This document shows positions 27,531 through 36,670 of a stretch of 64,000 bases of DNA, in pieces; within the stretch, counting starts at the first letter, position 1, and each line of letters begins with the position of its first letter. The position numbers were made by a program, and so were the translations under genes. The notes below the pieces were generated by a model, which did no database searches, was not told the DNA's origin, and saw nothing but the letters and a program-made list of their open reading frames with translations. The stretch comes from Candidatus Heimdallarchaeota archaeon (lineage in GTDB: Archaea > Asgardarchaeota > Heimdallarchaeia > Heimdallarchaeales > Heimdallarchaeaceae): NCBI GenBank assembly GCA_019057815.1, contig JAHLWR010000013.1, positions 1 through 64,000 of the forward strand, written 5' to 3'.

Positions 27531-29293
27531 TTGTTTTTCCCCACTTTTACCACATTTTAGTTAGCTTTTTATAGGAAAATCTAATAGAAATAATGATTCC
27601 GGAATGACGAGAAGTGGGGTGAGAACGACTGTAAAAGTGAGAATTAAAGCAGAAGTAATCACAACACGGAAAAGAAGAAGACTAGAGCAAATTACAGGGA
27701 GAGATACAAGAATAATCAAACAGTACCTCAAAGTAATCTATCACAATGAAGAGCGATTATTAACAAAAAAGAAGGTGAATAAAGCAAAACTAGACCATCT
27801 TACTCTTACCAAATATAAGAAGAATAAACTACACAATCGACCTACAGTTAGACATGATTTGAAAAAGAACTTTCCCCGCTGCTCCCAGAATGAGTTGCAG
27901 GAATGTAGAGAGAATGCTGTAGCCATCTACCACAGTCAACAGGCGAATAATTCTGCTCCTGCTAAAAATCCTCCACTAAAAAAAATCCCTCGCACACAAC
28001 TAGCACATGCTAAAAGGTTTATTCTTACTTGTTCTCCTTCCAACTCTATTGCTCGATGGTGGGTGGGGATAAGAAACTCCTTAGATACAAAGAAGAACAA
28101 AACTAGTAAACACGAGAAACTGTGGTTACCTCTCGCTTGTTCCCCTTATCATGAACATAACCTAAACCTAGGGAAATTACAGGCTCTTGAAGTGCTCTAC
28201 TATCCCAAGAAGAAGGAGTGGTGGGTGCATTTCATCTTGCTTCATGTTCCAGAAAAGTATGCTTCTTCTCGTCCTCCAGCTGTGCTGGGGATAGATCTAG
28301 GAATCAACAAACGTGCAGTAAGTGCACTCTTAACTCCAAAGGGAGTCATCAACCGTCATGAGATCAGATTCTGGTCTGATAAGACACGAAAAAAATTACA
28401 AAAGGAAACAGAAAGAAAAATCGCTAAATTACAGAATTTTTTAGCTAAAACTAGCTTGAGTGTAAGTAATATAAACAGTCTTCTCCACCAACTTAAATCG
28501 CTCAGAAAGAGCCAAAGAACGGAACATAAGCTAACCGACCACACCTATGTCAACAGGTTAGTAAAGTATATACTATCGGTTGGAAAGAGATATGATCTCT
28601 ATGTGGTGGTAGGCTTTCCCATTCATATCCGTAAGAGTCATTATCGAGGTAATTTCCATCCCTATTCCCGTAAAAGTATCCACAAATGGAACTACAGGAG
28701 GGTGACAGAATTGCTCAAATTCAAGCTCTCTTTACACGGATGGGAGGAGTACAGGATACTAGCAATCAGTGAATCGTGGACATCTTCTTGTTGTTCTCGT
28801 TGTGGATCTTATCATACTATACGTCCTAACCAACCCACATTCATCTGCCATACTTGTGGGTATAACCTTAATGCTGACTTGAATGGAGCGAAGAATATAG
28901 CTAGAAGACTGATCAAATATGTTCTGCAACCACAATATACTTCAATAAAAGATCAAGTTAGTGGAAAGTTTTTTCCACTCAGTTCTTTTCGTGTCTTCCC
29001 TGTCTTGAGCCAATGGCTACAGACAAAGCAAAATCATCTGCTTACCCCCGGAGCTGGAGTGAGAGCCTAAGGTTCTCAATAACGCTGTCTCCAGTAATGA
29101 GTCCCGGTGAGGAGATGAACCCCCTCACCTCCGCTAACACTGTGTGTTGGAGGTGTAATCCTAGAGCTTGAAACATCCTACACTACTGCTGTAAGCTACG
29201 CTACTACTTTCTACGTTCTTGGGTTGGGAAGAGTCCTCAAAATTATTTCCACTTTCCTTCAATCTGGGAAAAGTGGGGAAAATAACTCATGGG
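27531..29293 (+). mobile_element. Non-autonomous TnpB-only insertion element, IS607-like ends
   Basis: tnpB without tnpA; imperfect inverted end motifs (27526-27556 vs reverse complement of 29261-29291, 25/31, 14-bp perfect core TTTTCCCCACTTTT); CATGG at both boundaries (27526-27530, 29288-29292); more GC-rich than flanks. Confidence 0.7.
27604..29070 (+). CDS. tnpB: TnpB RNA-guided endonuclease with rearranged RuvC-II
   Basis: RuvC-I GIDLG; canonical Glu position reads VVVGFP; alternative Glu in AISESWTS; zinc finger CSRC...CHTC; RuvC-III NADLNGAKNIA. Confidence 0.9.
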   Translation: MTRSGVRTTVKVRIKAEVITTRKRRRLEQITGRDTRIIKQYLKVIYHNEERLLTKKKVNKAKLDHLTLTKYKKNKLHNRPTVRHDLKKNFPRCSQNELQECRENAVAIYHSQQANNSAPAKNPPLKKIPRTQLAHAKRFILTCSPSNSIARWWVGIRNSLDTKKNKTSKHEKLWLPLACSPYHEHNLNLGKLQALEVLYYPKKKEWWVHFILLHVPEKYASSRPPAVLGIDLGINKRAVSALLTPKGVINRHEIRFWSDKTRKKLQKETERKIAKLQNFLAKTSLSVSNINSLLHQLKSLRKSQRTEHKLTDHTYVNRLVKYILSVGKRYDLYVVVGFPIHIRKSHYRGNFHPYSRKSIHKWNYRRVTELLKFKLSLHGWEEYRILAISESWTSSCCSRCGSYHTIRPNQPTFICHTCGYNLNADLNGAKNIARRLIKYVLQPQYTSIKDQVSGKFFPLSSFRVFPVLSQWLQTKQNHLLTPGAGVRA

Positions 29294-29313
29294 TTAGCAT
29301 TAATGTTTGATTG
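29050..29313 (+). ncRNA. Predicted omegaRNA (scaffold ~29050-29293, guide from 29294)
   Basis: Dense GC-rich stems after the tnpB stop: GAGAGCC/GGTTCTC, CTGGAG/CTCCAG, GGTGAGG/CCTCACC, CACCTCC/GGAGGTG, terminal hairpin 29243-29285; position matches known TnpB omegaRNA loci; boundaries approximate. Confidence 0.65.
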
Positions 29314-29362
29314 TCTTCATATCCTGAAGGAAGGGAACTTCTGCTATGTTTTGTTAAAAGCT

Positions 29363-29698
29363 TCAAGTATGGTATAAAATTTCAGCTCTTGCGATGAGTT
29401 CAAGCGTATTTGTGGTATCAGCCAGTTCTTTAGCATTTGGTGAAAAATTATTTGAAAGAACAAAGCCACCATTCAGGTTTGATCTCTGAATTATTCGTTC
29501 AATATGTATTATTTTATCTGTACCAACACTTCTTTTCCAATCAAGTACCCAAACTCCAACTAACATGTCTTTAATAATTATTAAAAACTCAATAGAGTGT
29601 TTAGAAGGTCCTTGAATTAAAGACAAGTCGTGTGATATAGTTCCAAAACTCTTTAGATATTCAAGGGCTAGTTCAACAAGAGGTGTTTCTTTATCCAT
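29363..29698 (-). CDS. Small Mrr-like restriction-endonuclease-fold protein, probably inactive
   Basis: DWKRSVGTDKI...GFVLSNNFSPNAKELA resembles Mrr_cat; catalytic D...ExK not evident. Confidence 0.55.
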   Translation of the reverse strand: MDKETPLVELALEYLKSFGTISHDLSLIQGPSKHSIEFLIIIKDMLVGVWVLDWKRSVGTDKIIHIERIIQRSNLNGGFVLSNNFSPNAKELADTTNTLELIARAEILYHT

Positions 29699-29806
29699 TA
29701 TGTACCGACAAAAATCCTTTGTAGTAATATTAAAAGATTTGTATGATATGTTTTTCTTGATACATCAGAAAAAAATCTTGAAATAAAAACTCGTTATCTT
29801 TAGTTT

Positions 29807-30199
29807 TTAGCTTTTTACTTCAATTTCTTCAGAAATATTGTTACATCTAACTAACCATTTGCCAGAATCTGGAAAAACTAGATTAATTTCCTTCTTGAAA
29901 TTCTCAATAACTTGCATAGCCAGCTGATTTGAATCTCTATGAATAGGGATTTTTAAAAATAAAACCTTATTATCACGATCAGTTTGAACACTTTCTTCGC
30001 GTAATTTCCAAGCAGAATCACGTAAGAATCCTTTGACTATAAGCGTGACCTTCTTTCCAATCAATGGTTCTTTTGCGAAGCTAATACTCGTAATATCAGC
30101 TAAACGTTTAGTTTGTTTCATAAGTATAAGTAAATCAGCAGGTAATTTTAAACTTTGAGAAATGAACCATTTCCCATAAAGGAAGCGTACTTCTACCAT
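29807..30199 (-). CDS. Hypothetical protein
   Basis: 130-aa ORF filling the gap between neighbours; no motif recognised. Confidence 0.55.
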   Translation of the reverse strand: MVEVRFLYGKWFISQSLKLPADLLILMKQTKRLADITSISFAKEPLIGKKVTLIVKGFLRDSAWKLREESVQTDRDNKVLFLKIPIHRDSNQLAMQVIENFKKEINLVFPDSGKWLVRCNNISEEIEVKS

Positions 30200-30287
30200 T
30201 TTTGGTTAAAAGTAAATCTAAATAAAAGACTGCATGCAAAATATCAAGACGAAAATATTTTAAACTGCTCATAAAAGTTGTGTAATA

Positions 30288-31481
30288 ATGTCTTCAACGC
30301 TAAAAAAGTATATAGCAGGAATAAGTTGGAAAGATTCAGTGGTCATGCTTACGATTGGATTAATTCTGTTCTTTGTCATCAAATTGATGTTTGGAGGAAT
30401 TTTTGGTATTTCTCTAGTTGTCATTGAAAATGGCCCTTGTCCCAATTCTTCTATGTGTCCAACCTACGATAAAGGTGATTTATTCATTATTTACAAATCC
30501 AATCCTGAAGATATCCAAGTGGGAGATGTAATTGTCTATGTATCTCATCGATTCACTAATCAAGGAATGCTGATAATTCATCGTGTTGTTAATATAACAA
30601 TCATTGAAGATTCAAATGGGAAACATTATTATTACCGTGTTAGTGGTGATAATCCTAACACCAATAGCAATTTAGATTGGTTCAATTCTACATCTACCTT
30701 GATTCCATTTGAGGAAGTTCAAGGAAAAACAACTCTTATGATTCCAAAACTAGGTTATATTCGTCTTTGGCTAACAGAAAATCCCGGACTCCGATATCTT
30801 GTGATTGGTTTTCTTGCTGTTATTGCTATTTACTTGCTTTTTGCGCCTGATAAGAAAAAGGGAGAAAAAGAAGATGAAGAAACTAAATCTGATACAATTG
30901 AAGCAGCAAAAGAGTCGAAGAAATTTTCATTGAGTAAAGATTCTGTTAAATTGTTCTTCATTACTCAATGGAATGCCTTTCTAGCAGGTTCAAAAAGTCT
31001 TTTCACTGATAAAAGGAAGAGAATTAAGCTAATTATAGCCGTTAGTTTGATTCTGTTGATTATAGTTTCAGTTCCAATCATTGATTCCCTCATAAAATAT
31101 CCTAACATCTCAACTGTTGGGATTTATAATTTGGAAGTTGGAAAAATTAATGAAGGTTATTTATCATCTGAAGAAATAACTTTCTTACCTTTCGAAATAT
31201 ATATCCAACATGATGGTTCATGGAATAAAGTTCTAAAAGCATTTGAAGTAAAAGGAATGCAAGAAGGAATCGTTATAGCATCGATGACTTGGAACTCTTA
31301 TTACCAAAAAGAAGGAAATTTCACTGTTGGTGGGTCTTTTGTCTTCCCTAATAGCCTTCTCGATAAAACGAAAAATCTCACTATTAGCGTTACATATCAA
31401 GTTCATCTAAGATTCGGTCAAGATTATCCAGTCGCAACTTATGAACAAACTTTCACTCCCTTTGAATTTGCTTTTACATGA
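30288..31481 (+). CDS. Signal peptidase I (S26B/SEC11-like) with long C-terminal extension
   Basis: SSMCPTYDKGDL (catalytic Ser), VGDVIVY, IIHRV (His), SGDN; extra TM and ~130-aa beta domain. Confidence 0.88.
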   Translation: MSSTLKKYIAGISWKDSVVMLTIGLILFFVIKLMFGGIFGISLVVIENGPCPNSSMCPTYDKGDLFIIYKSNPEDIQVGDVIVYVSHRFTNQGMLIIHRVVNITIIEDSNGKHYYYRVSGDNPNTNSNLDWFNSTSTLIPFEEVQGKTTLMIPKLGYIRLWLTENPGLRYLVIGFLAVIAIYLLFAPDKKKGEKEDEETKSDTIEAAKESKKFSLSKDSVKLFFITQWNAFLAGSKSLFTDKRKRIKLIIAVSLILLIIVSVPIIDSLIKYPNISTVGIYNLEVGKINEGYLSSEEITFLPFEIYIQHDGSWNKVLKAFEVKGMQEGIVIASMTWNSYYQKEGNFTVGGSFVFPNSLLDKTKNLTISVTYQVHLRFGQDYPVATYEQTFTPFEFAFT

Positions 31482-31519
31482 CATTGAAATAAAACAAAAA
31501 GAGAAGAAGAAAAGAGATT

Positions 31520-32386
31520 TTAGAGGTTGTTAACTATCAATGAAGGTATTTCACCTGGAGTTTGAGCAGTTGCAATCCCTGCTTCAGCAAGAATCCTCAT
31601 TTTTTCCTTAGCTGTTCCTGATTTACCATGGACTATGGCTCCAGCATGTCCCATTTGTTTTCCTAGAGGAGCTGTTTGACCAGCTATAAAGGCAAATACA
31701 GGTTTAGTTATCTCCTTTTTCACTAGATTGGCTGCTTCCTGCTCTCCTGTCCCACCTATCTCTCCAACCATAACAATATACTTAGTTTGTGGGTCTTGTT
31801 CAAACATCATAAGGCACTCATTGAAACCTATTCCTTTAATGGGATCTCCTCCTAACCCTACACATGAGGATTGTCCCAAACCATTCATTGAAAGATTTTG
31901 GATAATTTCATAAGTTAAAGTTCCACTACGGCTAACAATACCTACATTACCCTTTGAACATATTTCCCCTGGGATGATACCGATTTTACTCGCCTCAGGA
32001 GTAATAAGTCCTGGGCAATTAGGACCCACTAAAATAACATTATTATCAATAGCTTTTTGTCTGATTCTGGCTGTATCTTTAACTGGAATACCTTCAGTGA
32101 TTATTGTGAGAAGTTGGACACCTGCGTCTATAGCTTCCATTGCTGCCGAATAGGTAAACTTTGATGGAATGAATATGACAGAAGCAAGTGCTTGAGTGTC
32201 ATTTACAGCTTCTTTCATAGAATCAAATACAGGAATTCCTAGAGTTTCTTGACCGCCCTTGCCTGGAGTAACCCCAGCAACGATTTTTGTGCCATAATCT
32301 ATCATAGATTTTGAATGAAAATTTCCTTGCTTTCCCGTGATTCCTTGAACAATTACTTTAGTTGTTTCATCAATTAGAATAGCCAT
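31520..32386 (-). CDS. sucD: Succinyl-CoA synthetase alpha subunit
   Basis: QGITGKQG, GPNCPG, SRSGTLTYE, MGHAGA phospho-His motif. Confidence 0.97.
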   Translation of the reverse strand: MAILIDETTKVIVQGITGKQGNFHSKSMIDYGTKIVAGVTPGKGGQETLGIPVFDSMKEAVNDTQALASVIFIPSKFTYSAAMEAIDAGVQLLTIITEGIPVKDTARIRQKAIDNNVILVGPNCPGLITPEASKIGIIPGEICSKGNVGIVSRSGTLTYEIIQNLSMNGLGQSSCVGLGGDPIKGIGFNECLMMFEQDPQTKYIVMVGEIGGTGEQEAANLVKKEITKPVFAFIAGQTAPLGKQMGHAGAIVHGKSGTAKEKMRILAEAGIATAQTPGEIPSLIVNNL

Positions 32387-32387
32387 T

Positions 32388-33530
32388 TTAATTTCCTCCT
32401 TTAACTAATTCAACAATCTTCTTAGCTGCAGGTACCATTTCTCCATAAGCTTTGATACCGTTTTCATCTAAGATTTGAATGCCTCTTTTGTCATTTGTAC
32501 CTACTAATCTGATTACTACAGGAACATCTATATTGTATTTTTTTGTTGCATTAATAACTCCTCTAGCAACATCATCACATCGAGTGATACCTGCAAAGAA
32601 ATTTATGAAAATTCCTTTGATATCTTGATTTGAGAGAATTTCAAGGGATTTTTCAATCTTTATATCACCAGCTCCTCCTCCTACATCCAAGAAATTTGCT
32701 GGAGAACTTCCAAAGAACTCAAGAATATCACATGTTGCCATGGATAAACCTGCTCCACCTGCGATAATACCTATCTCTCCGTCAAGTTGGACATAACTAA
32801 TGCCAGCTTCATCAGCTTCATATTCCAAATCGGTGTGTCTATCACGTTGAGATTTCAATGAAGCTATCTTTGGTTGTCTATAGTATGCATTACCATCTAT
32901 AACTACTTTAGAATCTGCTGCAATAATCTTTTTATCAGGTGTTAAAATCAACGGATTGATTTCTATAAGTGTAAGATCGTTCTTTATTGCCATGTTAACC
33001 ATGTTTGTCATAAGGCTTGTAAACTGTGTTAATGTTCGAGCTACGAATCCCAATTTTTTTCCTAATTCCATGAACTGATATGGAAATGGTTCAGTAAGTA
33101 TAGGTAGAGTCTTTCGAAAAATCTCATCAGGATAATTTTCTGCAATATCTTCTATATCAACTCCTCCTCTTGAACTTGCAAGAGTGAGATACTGACCAGA
33201 AGTGTTGTCTAACATAACAGCCAGATAATACTCCTTCTCGATTTCTAGTGGTTCTTCAAGCATTACAAGCTCAATTGGTTTTCCCCGGTGGTATTGACCA
33301 AGAATACTCTGAATGTAATCTTCAGCTTCATCAGTTGTTACTTTTTTGATTAAACCTGCTTTCCCTCTTCCCCCAGAAAGAGATTGACCTTTAGCCATCA
33401 TTACATTGCTGTTAAGCTCTTCAGCAAAAGCTTTGATACTATCACTATCAGTATAAGCTTTAAATCGAGGAACAGGAATTTTACTATCCTTAAATAATTG
33501 TTTTCCTTCTATCTCGTAAAGCATGCTCAT
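32388..33530 (-). CDS. sucC: Succinyl-CoA synthetase beta subunit
   Basis: GGRGKAG, EINPL, GAGLSMAT, PANFLDVGGGA, GITRCD, RLVGTN. Confidence 0.96.
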   Translation of the reverse strand: MSMLYEIEGKQLFKDSKIPVPRFKAYTDSDSIKAFAEELNSNVMMAKGQSLSGGRGKAGLIKKVTTDEAEDYIQSILGQYHRGKPIELVMLEEPLEIEKEYYLAVMLDNTSGQYLTLASSRGGVDIEDIAENYPDEIFRKTLPILTEPFPYQFMELGKKLGFVARTLTQFTSLMTNMVNMAIKNDLTLIEINPLILTPDKKIIAADSKVVIDGNAYYRQPKIASLKSQRDRHTDLEYEADEAGISYVQLDGEIGIIAGGAGLSMATCDILEFFGSSPANFLDVGGGAGDIKIEKSLEILSNQDIKGIFINFFAGITRCDDVARGVINATKKYNIDVPVVIRLVGTNDKRGIQILDENGIKAYGEMVPAAKKIVELVKGGN

Positions 33531-33620
33531 GATGAGCTTGTGATTTAGACCATTATTTAAGGTCTTTGTAGTATGCTTAAAGCGAAAAAAACATCAAATA
33601 AAGTTAAACAGACTCTAGAC

Positions 33621-33929
33621 CTATTCTTTCTTAACCATTTCAACGCGTCTTGCTCTAGGGTATGACAAAACCCACTTTTTACCACAATCAGGACAAGTAA
33701 GGCGCAGATCCACTTTTTTAGAAGTTTTAGAAGCCATTTTTGTTTGAGTTACTGGTCGTTTGCTGTATTTTCCTAGGTTTCCATATCCTCTTCTTCGGAG
33801 TTTTTCTTTTCTTGCGGTAGCGCTAAATCCACCTTTTCTTCTAGCAGATTTCTCCTGTTTCACTTTCATTGTTTTATGTTTTCCGCATTTAGGACAGTAT
33901 TTAAACATCGTCTCTGGTATCTTGGCCAT
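33621..33929 (-). CDS. rpl44e: 50S ribosomal protein L44e (eL42); start set at the ATG of MAKIP
   Basis: YCPKCGKH...GYGN...KTSKKVDLRLTCPDCGK. Confidence 0.93.
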   Translation of the reverse strand: MAKIPETMFKYCPKCGKHKTMKVKQEKSARRKGGFSATARKEKLRRRGYGNLGKYSKRPVTQTKMASKTSKKVDLRLTCPDCGKKWVLSYPRARRVEMVKKE

Positions 33930-34009
33930 TCTAGTAACTTCCACTTACTTTTTGCAATGATGTGCATATTTAATTATTTCTCTAGATGAGAATTCTCAGT
34001 CTTCAATCT

Positions 34010-34321
34010 TTAAAATTCTCTGAGAGCTTGAATGTCTCGTAATTTTTGGATTGGGATTATTTGGTAGTCTCTACTAGGTCTTTCTCTTGTGATACTGATA
34101 GGTAAAACCTTGCTACGTAATTCAAATTCAGCTATAACGATAGGCGATTTCCCTTCGAATGCTTCAGCTTGTATTAGAATAGGCGCACCCAGACTGAGTT
34201 GCAGTGCTCTAGCTCCAACAATTCGAGCTCTTTCAAAACGTGTAAGGTGGTCAGGACCTATGATTATCTTTTTATCAGAAATCATTTCCTGTGGGATGTA
34301 ATCCTTTTTCTGGTCTCTCAT
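34010..34321 (-). CDS. rpoK: DNA-directed RNA polymerase subunit K (Rpo6/Rpb6)
   Basis: LTRFERARIVGARALQLSLGAP. Confidence 0.96.
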   Translation of the reverse strand: MRDQKKDYIPQEMISDKKIIIGPDHLTRFERARIVGARALQLSLGAPILIQAEAFEGKSPIVIAEFELRSKVLPISITRERPSRDYQIIPIQKLRDIQALREF

Positions 34322-34659
34322 AAAAAATCACCAAAATATAGCATGAAATTACATCCTCCCGTCAAAACTATATCTTAAAAGTGTTTAGATTAACGATATG
34401 TTTTAACCTGTTTTTATATCTTCTAAAGAATAGTAAATGAATCTGATAAAAAAATTAGGATTTTAGGAGTAGACATAAGTATAACAGTTACCTTTACAAT
34501 AAATATTTTAAAGAAAAACGCAAGTGTTATATTAGATACTTTGCATATCTGAAAAAACTTTAATAAGAGATATCTTACAAACACTTGATTAAGGAAAAAG
34601 TATAAAAACGCTTATAAAACGACTTTAGAAATTTAATATAACCGACGGATTGAAAAAAA

Positions 34660-35220
34660 ATGCTTGGGTCATTCTCTTCATGGTTAAGAACGAAGATGAA
34701 AAAGGAACAAAAAGCAAAGATTCTAATTCTAGGATTAGATGCTGCGGGAAAAACAACTTTAACCCGTTACATGCGTTTTGGTACCTTTACAGAGAATTTA
34801 ACACCTACAATCGGTCAAAATATAGAAAGTTTTGAATTTGAGGGATGGACAATAACTGCAATAGATGTAGCAGGACAATCACATTTCAGATTCCTATGGG
34901 AAGCACACTATCCAGGGACAGAGAGTGTAATATTTGTAATGGATGCAGCAAATATTGAAAGACTGCCAGAGGCAAGGGATGTATTAAAAACACATGTATT
35001 CAATAATCCATACTTGGAAAACGTCCCTATCCTTATTTTAGCCAACAAACAGGATCTTCCAGGAGCTGTTGAGGCTCCACTATTGATTCAGATGTTAGGA
35101 CTTCATCTTGATTTGAAGGATCGAACCTTTGCTGTTTTTGATTGTTCTATTTTACATGGAAAAGGCGTTAAAGAAGCTTTTATTTGGCTTATTAATGAAT
35201 TAGAATCAAAAGGACTGTAA
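34660..35220 (+). CDS. Arf-family small GTPase
   Basis: GLDAAGKTT, PTIG, DVAGQ, FRFLW, ANKQDL; N-terminal amphipathic helix. Confidence 0.93.
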   Translation: MLGSFSSWLRTKMKKEQKAKILILGLDAAGKTTLTRYMRFGTFTENLTPTIGQNIESFEFEGWTITAIDVAGQSHFRFLWEAHYPGTESVIFVMDAANIERLPEARDVLKTHVFNNPYLENVPILILANKQDLPGAVEAPLLIQMLGLHLDLKDRTFAVFDCSILHGKGVKEAFIWLINELESKGL

Positions 35221-35250
35221 AATACAAAACGTTTTTTCTCTATTATGTTG

Positions 35251-36528
35251 CTAGTTTTCTATTTTCTTTGGAGTAAATTTAAATTTGGCAATAAACCCTC
35301 CAGTATTTTTGATCTTTAGTGGGTCTAGAAAAATCGTGGATGTTTTTCGTTCTAATGCTATCTTATCTTCTTCTACCGGTTTGATGTATCTAGCTGAAAA
35401 ATCACCTTTATTTTGATATTCTCTTATTTCCTGCGGAAAACTTTGGCTTTTATAGTAGGATTTTGAAACAAGATTCTCAAAGATTTTCTCGTTTTCAAAG
35501 TTATCTATAGAATGTGTTACATATGTAATTGAAGCTTGGTTATAAAGACATCTGAAGAGATTGCTAGTTATTCTGATTTGTTTTTTAACCATCTTTTCTA
35601 GTAAAGAAATTGAAAGGTTTGATCTAAACGAAGGAATTACAGAAGAGCGAGAATTTTGAAGTTCAAGATAAACACTCGTAAATTTTATTTCCTGATTTAT
35701 TCTTACAAACTGAGGAAATGTATCTACCAATAATCTCACAGATTTTGATTTTGTTCTAGCAAATGTTCTCTGAAGAACTCTAGAATGCTCTTTATTTTGT
35801 GCAATAACTGTAATTGGAACTTTATGATGAGTCAACTCAGATAGATAACTTGCTGCCTCACCATTATCTGTTGACATGACGAGGATGTTATCTTTTATGC
35901 TGTGATACATTGATTTTATTCCAATTGCTTGAACAGGAGTTAGAATATTAAAAAAACCCCTTCGATAAAACTCAAGTTCAGCTAATGGTGGTGCATAAGC
36001 AAGAGAACTAGTATTTTTTGCGATAACTCTCTGTGGAGCTGTGGGTATAAGTTCACTGCTGATTTCTGCTTTTCCTAACGCTAATAGTTTTTCTCCCTTG
36101 TATACTATTCTTAAAGTATCCCCTGTTTCGAACTTATCATAATTGATTATATCAGCAGTAAGAATATCTTTTCCTAGTGCAGCACTTGGTATTGCTTCTC
36201 TATCAACTATAATTCTTGGGTATCTAATTCCATCATCCTTTAACTCTCTTTGTTCAACTTCTACTTCTAGAAAATCCTCAAAATAACGGTGTTTCTTAAC
36301 TTTAAAATCCATTTCATCTAGCTTATCTCTTACTGTATCAATATCTACTCTAGTAGTATTAACTTGAACCCACAATGTTTCAAGAGGTTTTCGAAGATTT
36401 CTGAGTAAGTTCTCTGTATACTCTTTGCCAAAAGTTTCTATCCAGTGATAGAGTAAACTAGGTTTATAATCATATATTGAAGCTATTCTTTTTGCTTCTT
36501 CAATAATTTCTAGGCGTGTCAAACTCAT
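35251..36528 (-). CDS. PUA-containing RsmB/NOP2/NSUN6-like protein, catalytically degenerate
   Basis: QVNT N-domain, PUA (IIVDREAIPSAALGKDIL), ENE and GGFIAKF motifs retained; catalytic motifs altered. Confidence 0.7.
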   Translation of the reverse strand: MSLTRLEIIEEAKRIASIYDYKPSLLYHWIETFGKEYTENLLRNLRKPLETLWVQVNTTRVDIDTVRDKLDEMDFKVKKHRYFEDFLEVEVEQRELKDDGIRYPRIIVDREAIPSAALGKDILTADIINYDKFETGDTLRIVYKGEKLLALGKAEISSELIPTAPQRVIAKNTSSLAYAPPLAELEFYRRGFFNILTPVQAIGIKSMYHSIKDNILVMSTDNGEAASYLSELTHHKVPITVIAQNKEHSRVLQRTFARTKSKSVRLLVDTFPQFVRINQEIKFTSVYLELQNSRSSVIPSFRSNLSISLLEKMVKKQIRITSNLFRCLYNQASITYVTHSIDNFENEKIFENLVSKSYYKSQSFPQEIREYQNKGDFSARYIKPVEEDKIALERKTSTIFLDPLKIKNTGGFIAKFKFTPKKIEN

Positions 36529-36670
36529 CTGCAGTGAATGTGCTGTTCTTTAGAGCTTTAAGAATATTTTCACTAACGAGAGAACAAGTAGTCAATTGAA
36601 ATATCTCCAATAAAAGTATTTATCAAAAACTTGAAAAATCTAAGTCATAACACACAGTTAGGGTTGTAAA

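Noticed and set aside
29160-29175. CRISPR-repeat-like CTTGAAAC after tnpB (Cas12f locus)
   Set aside because: Single occurrence with no repeat-spacer array.
34322-34659. ncRNA or replication origin in the 340-bp intergenic region
   Set aside because: Very AT-rich with no stable stems, boxes or ORB-like repeats; compatible with divergent promoters.
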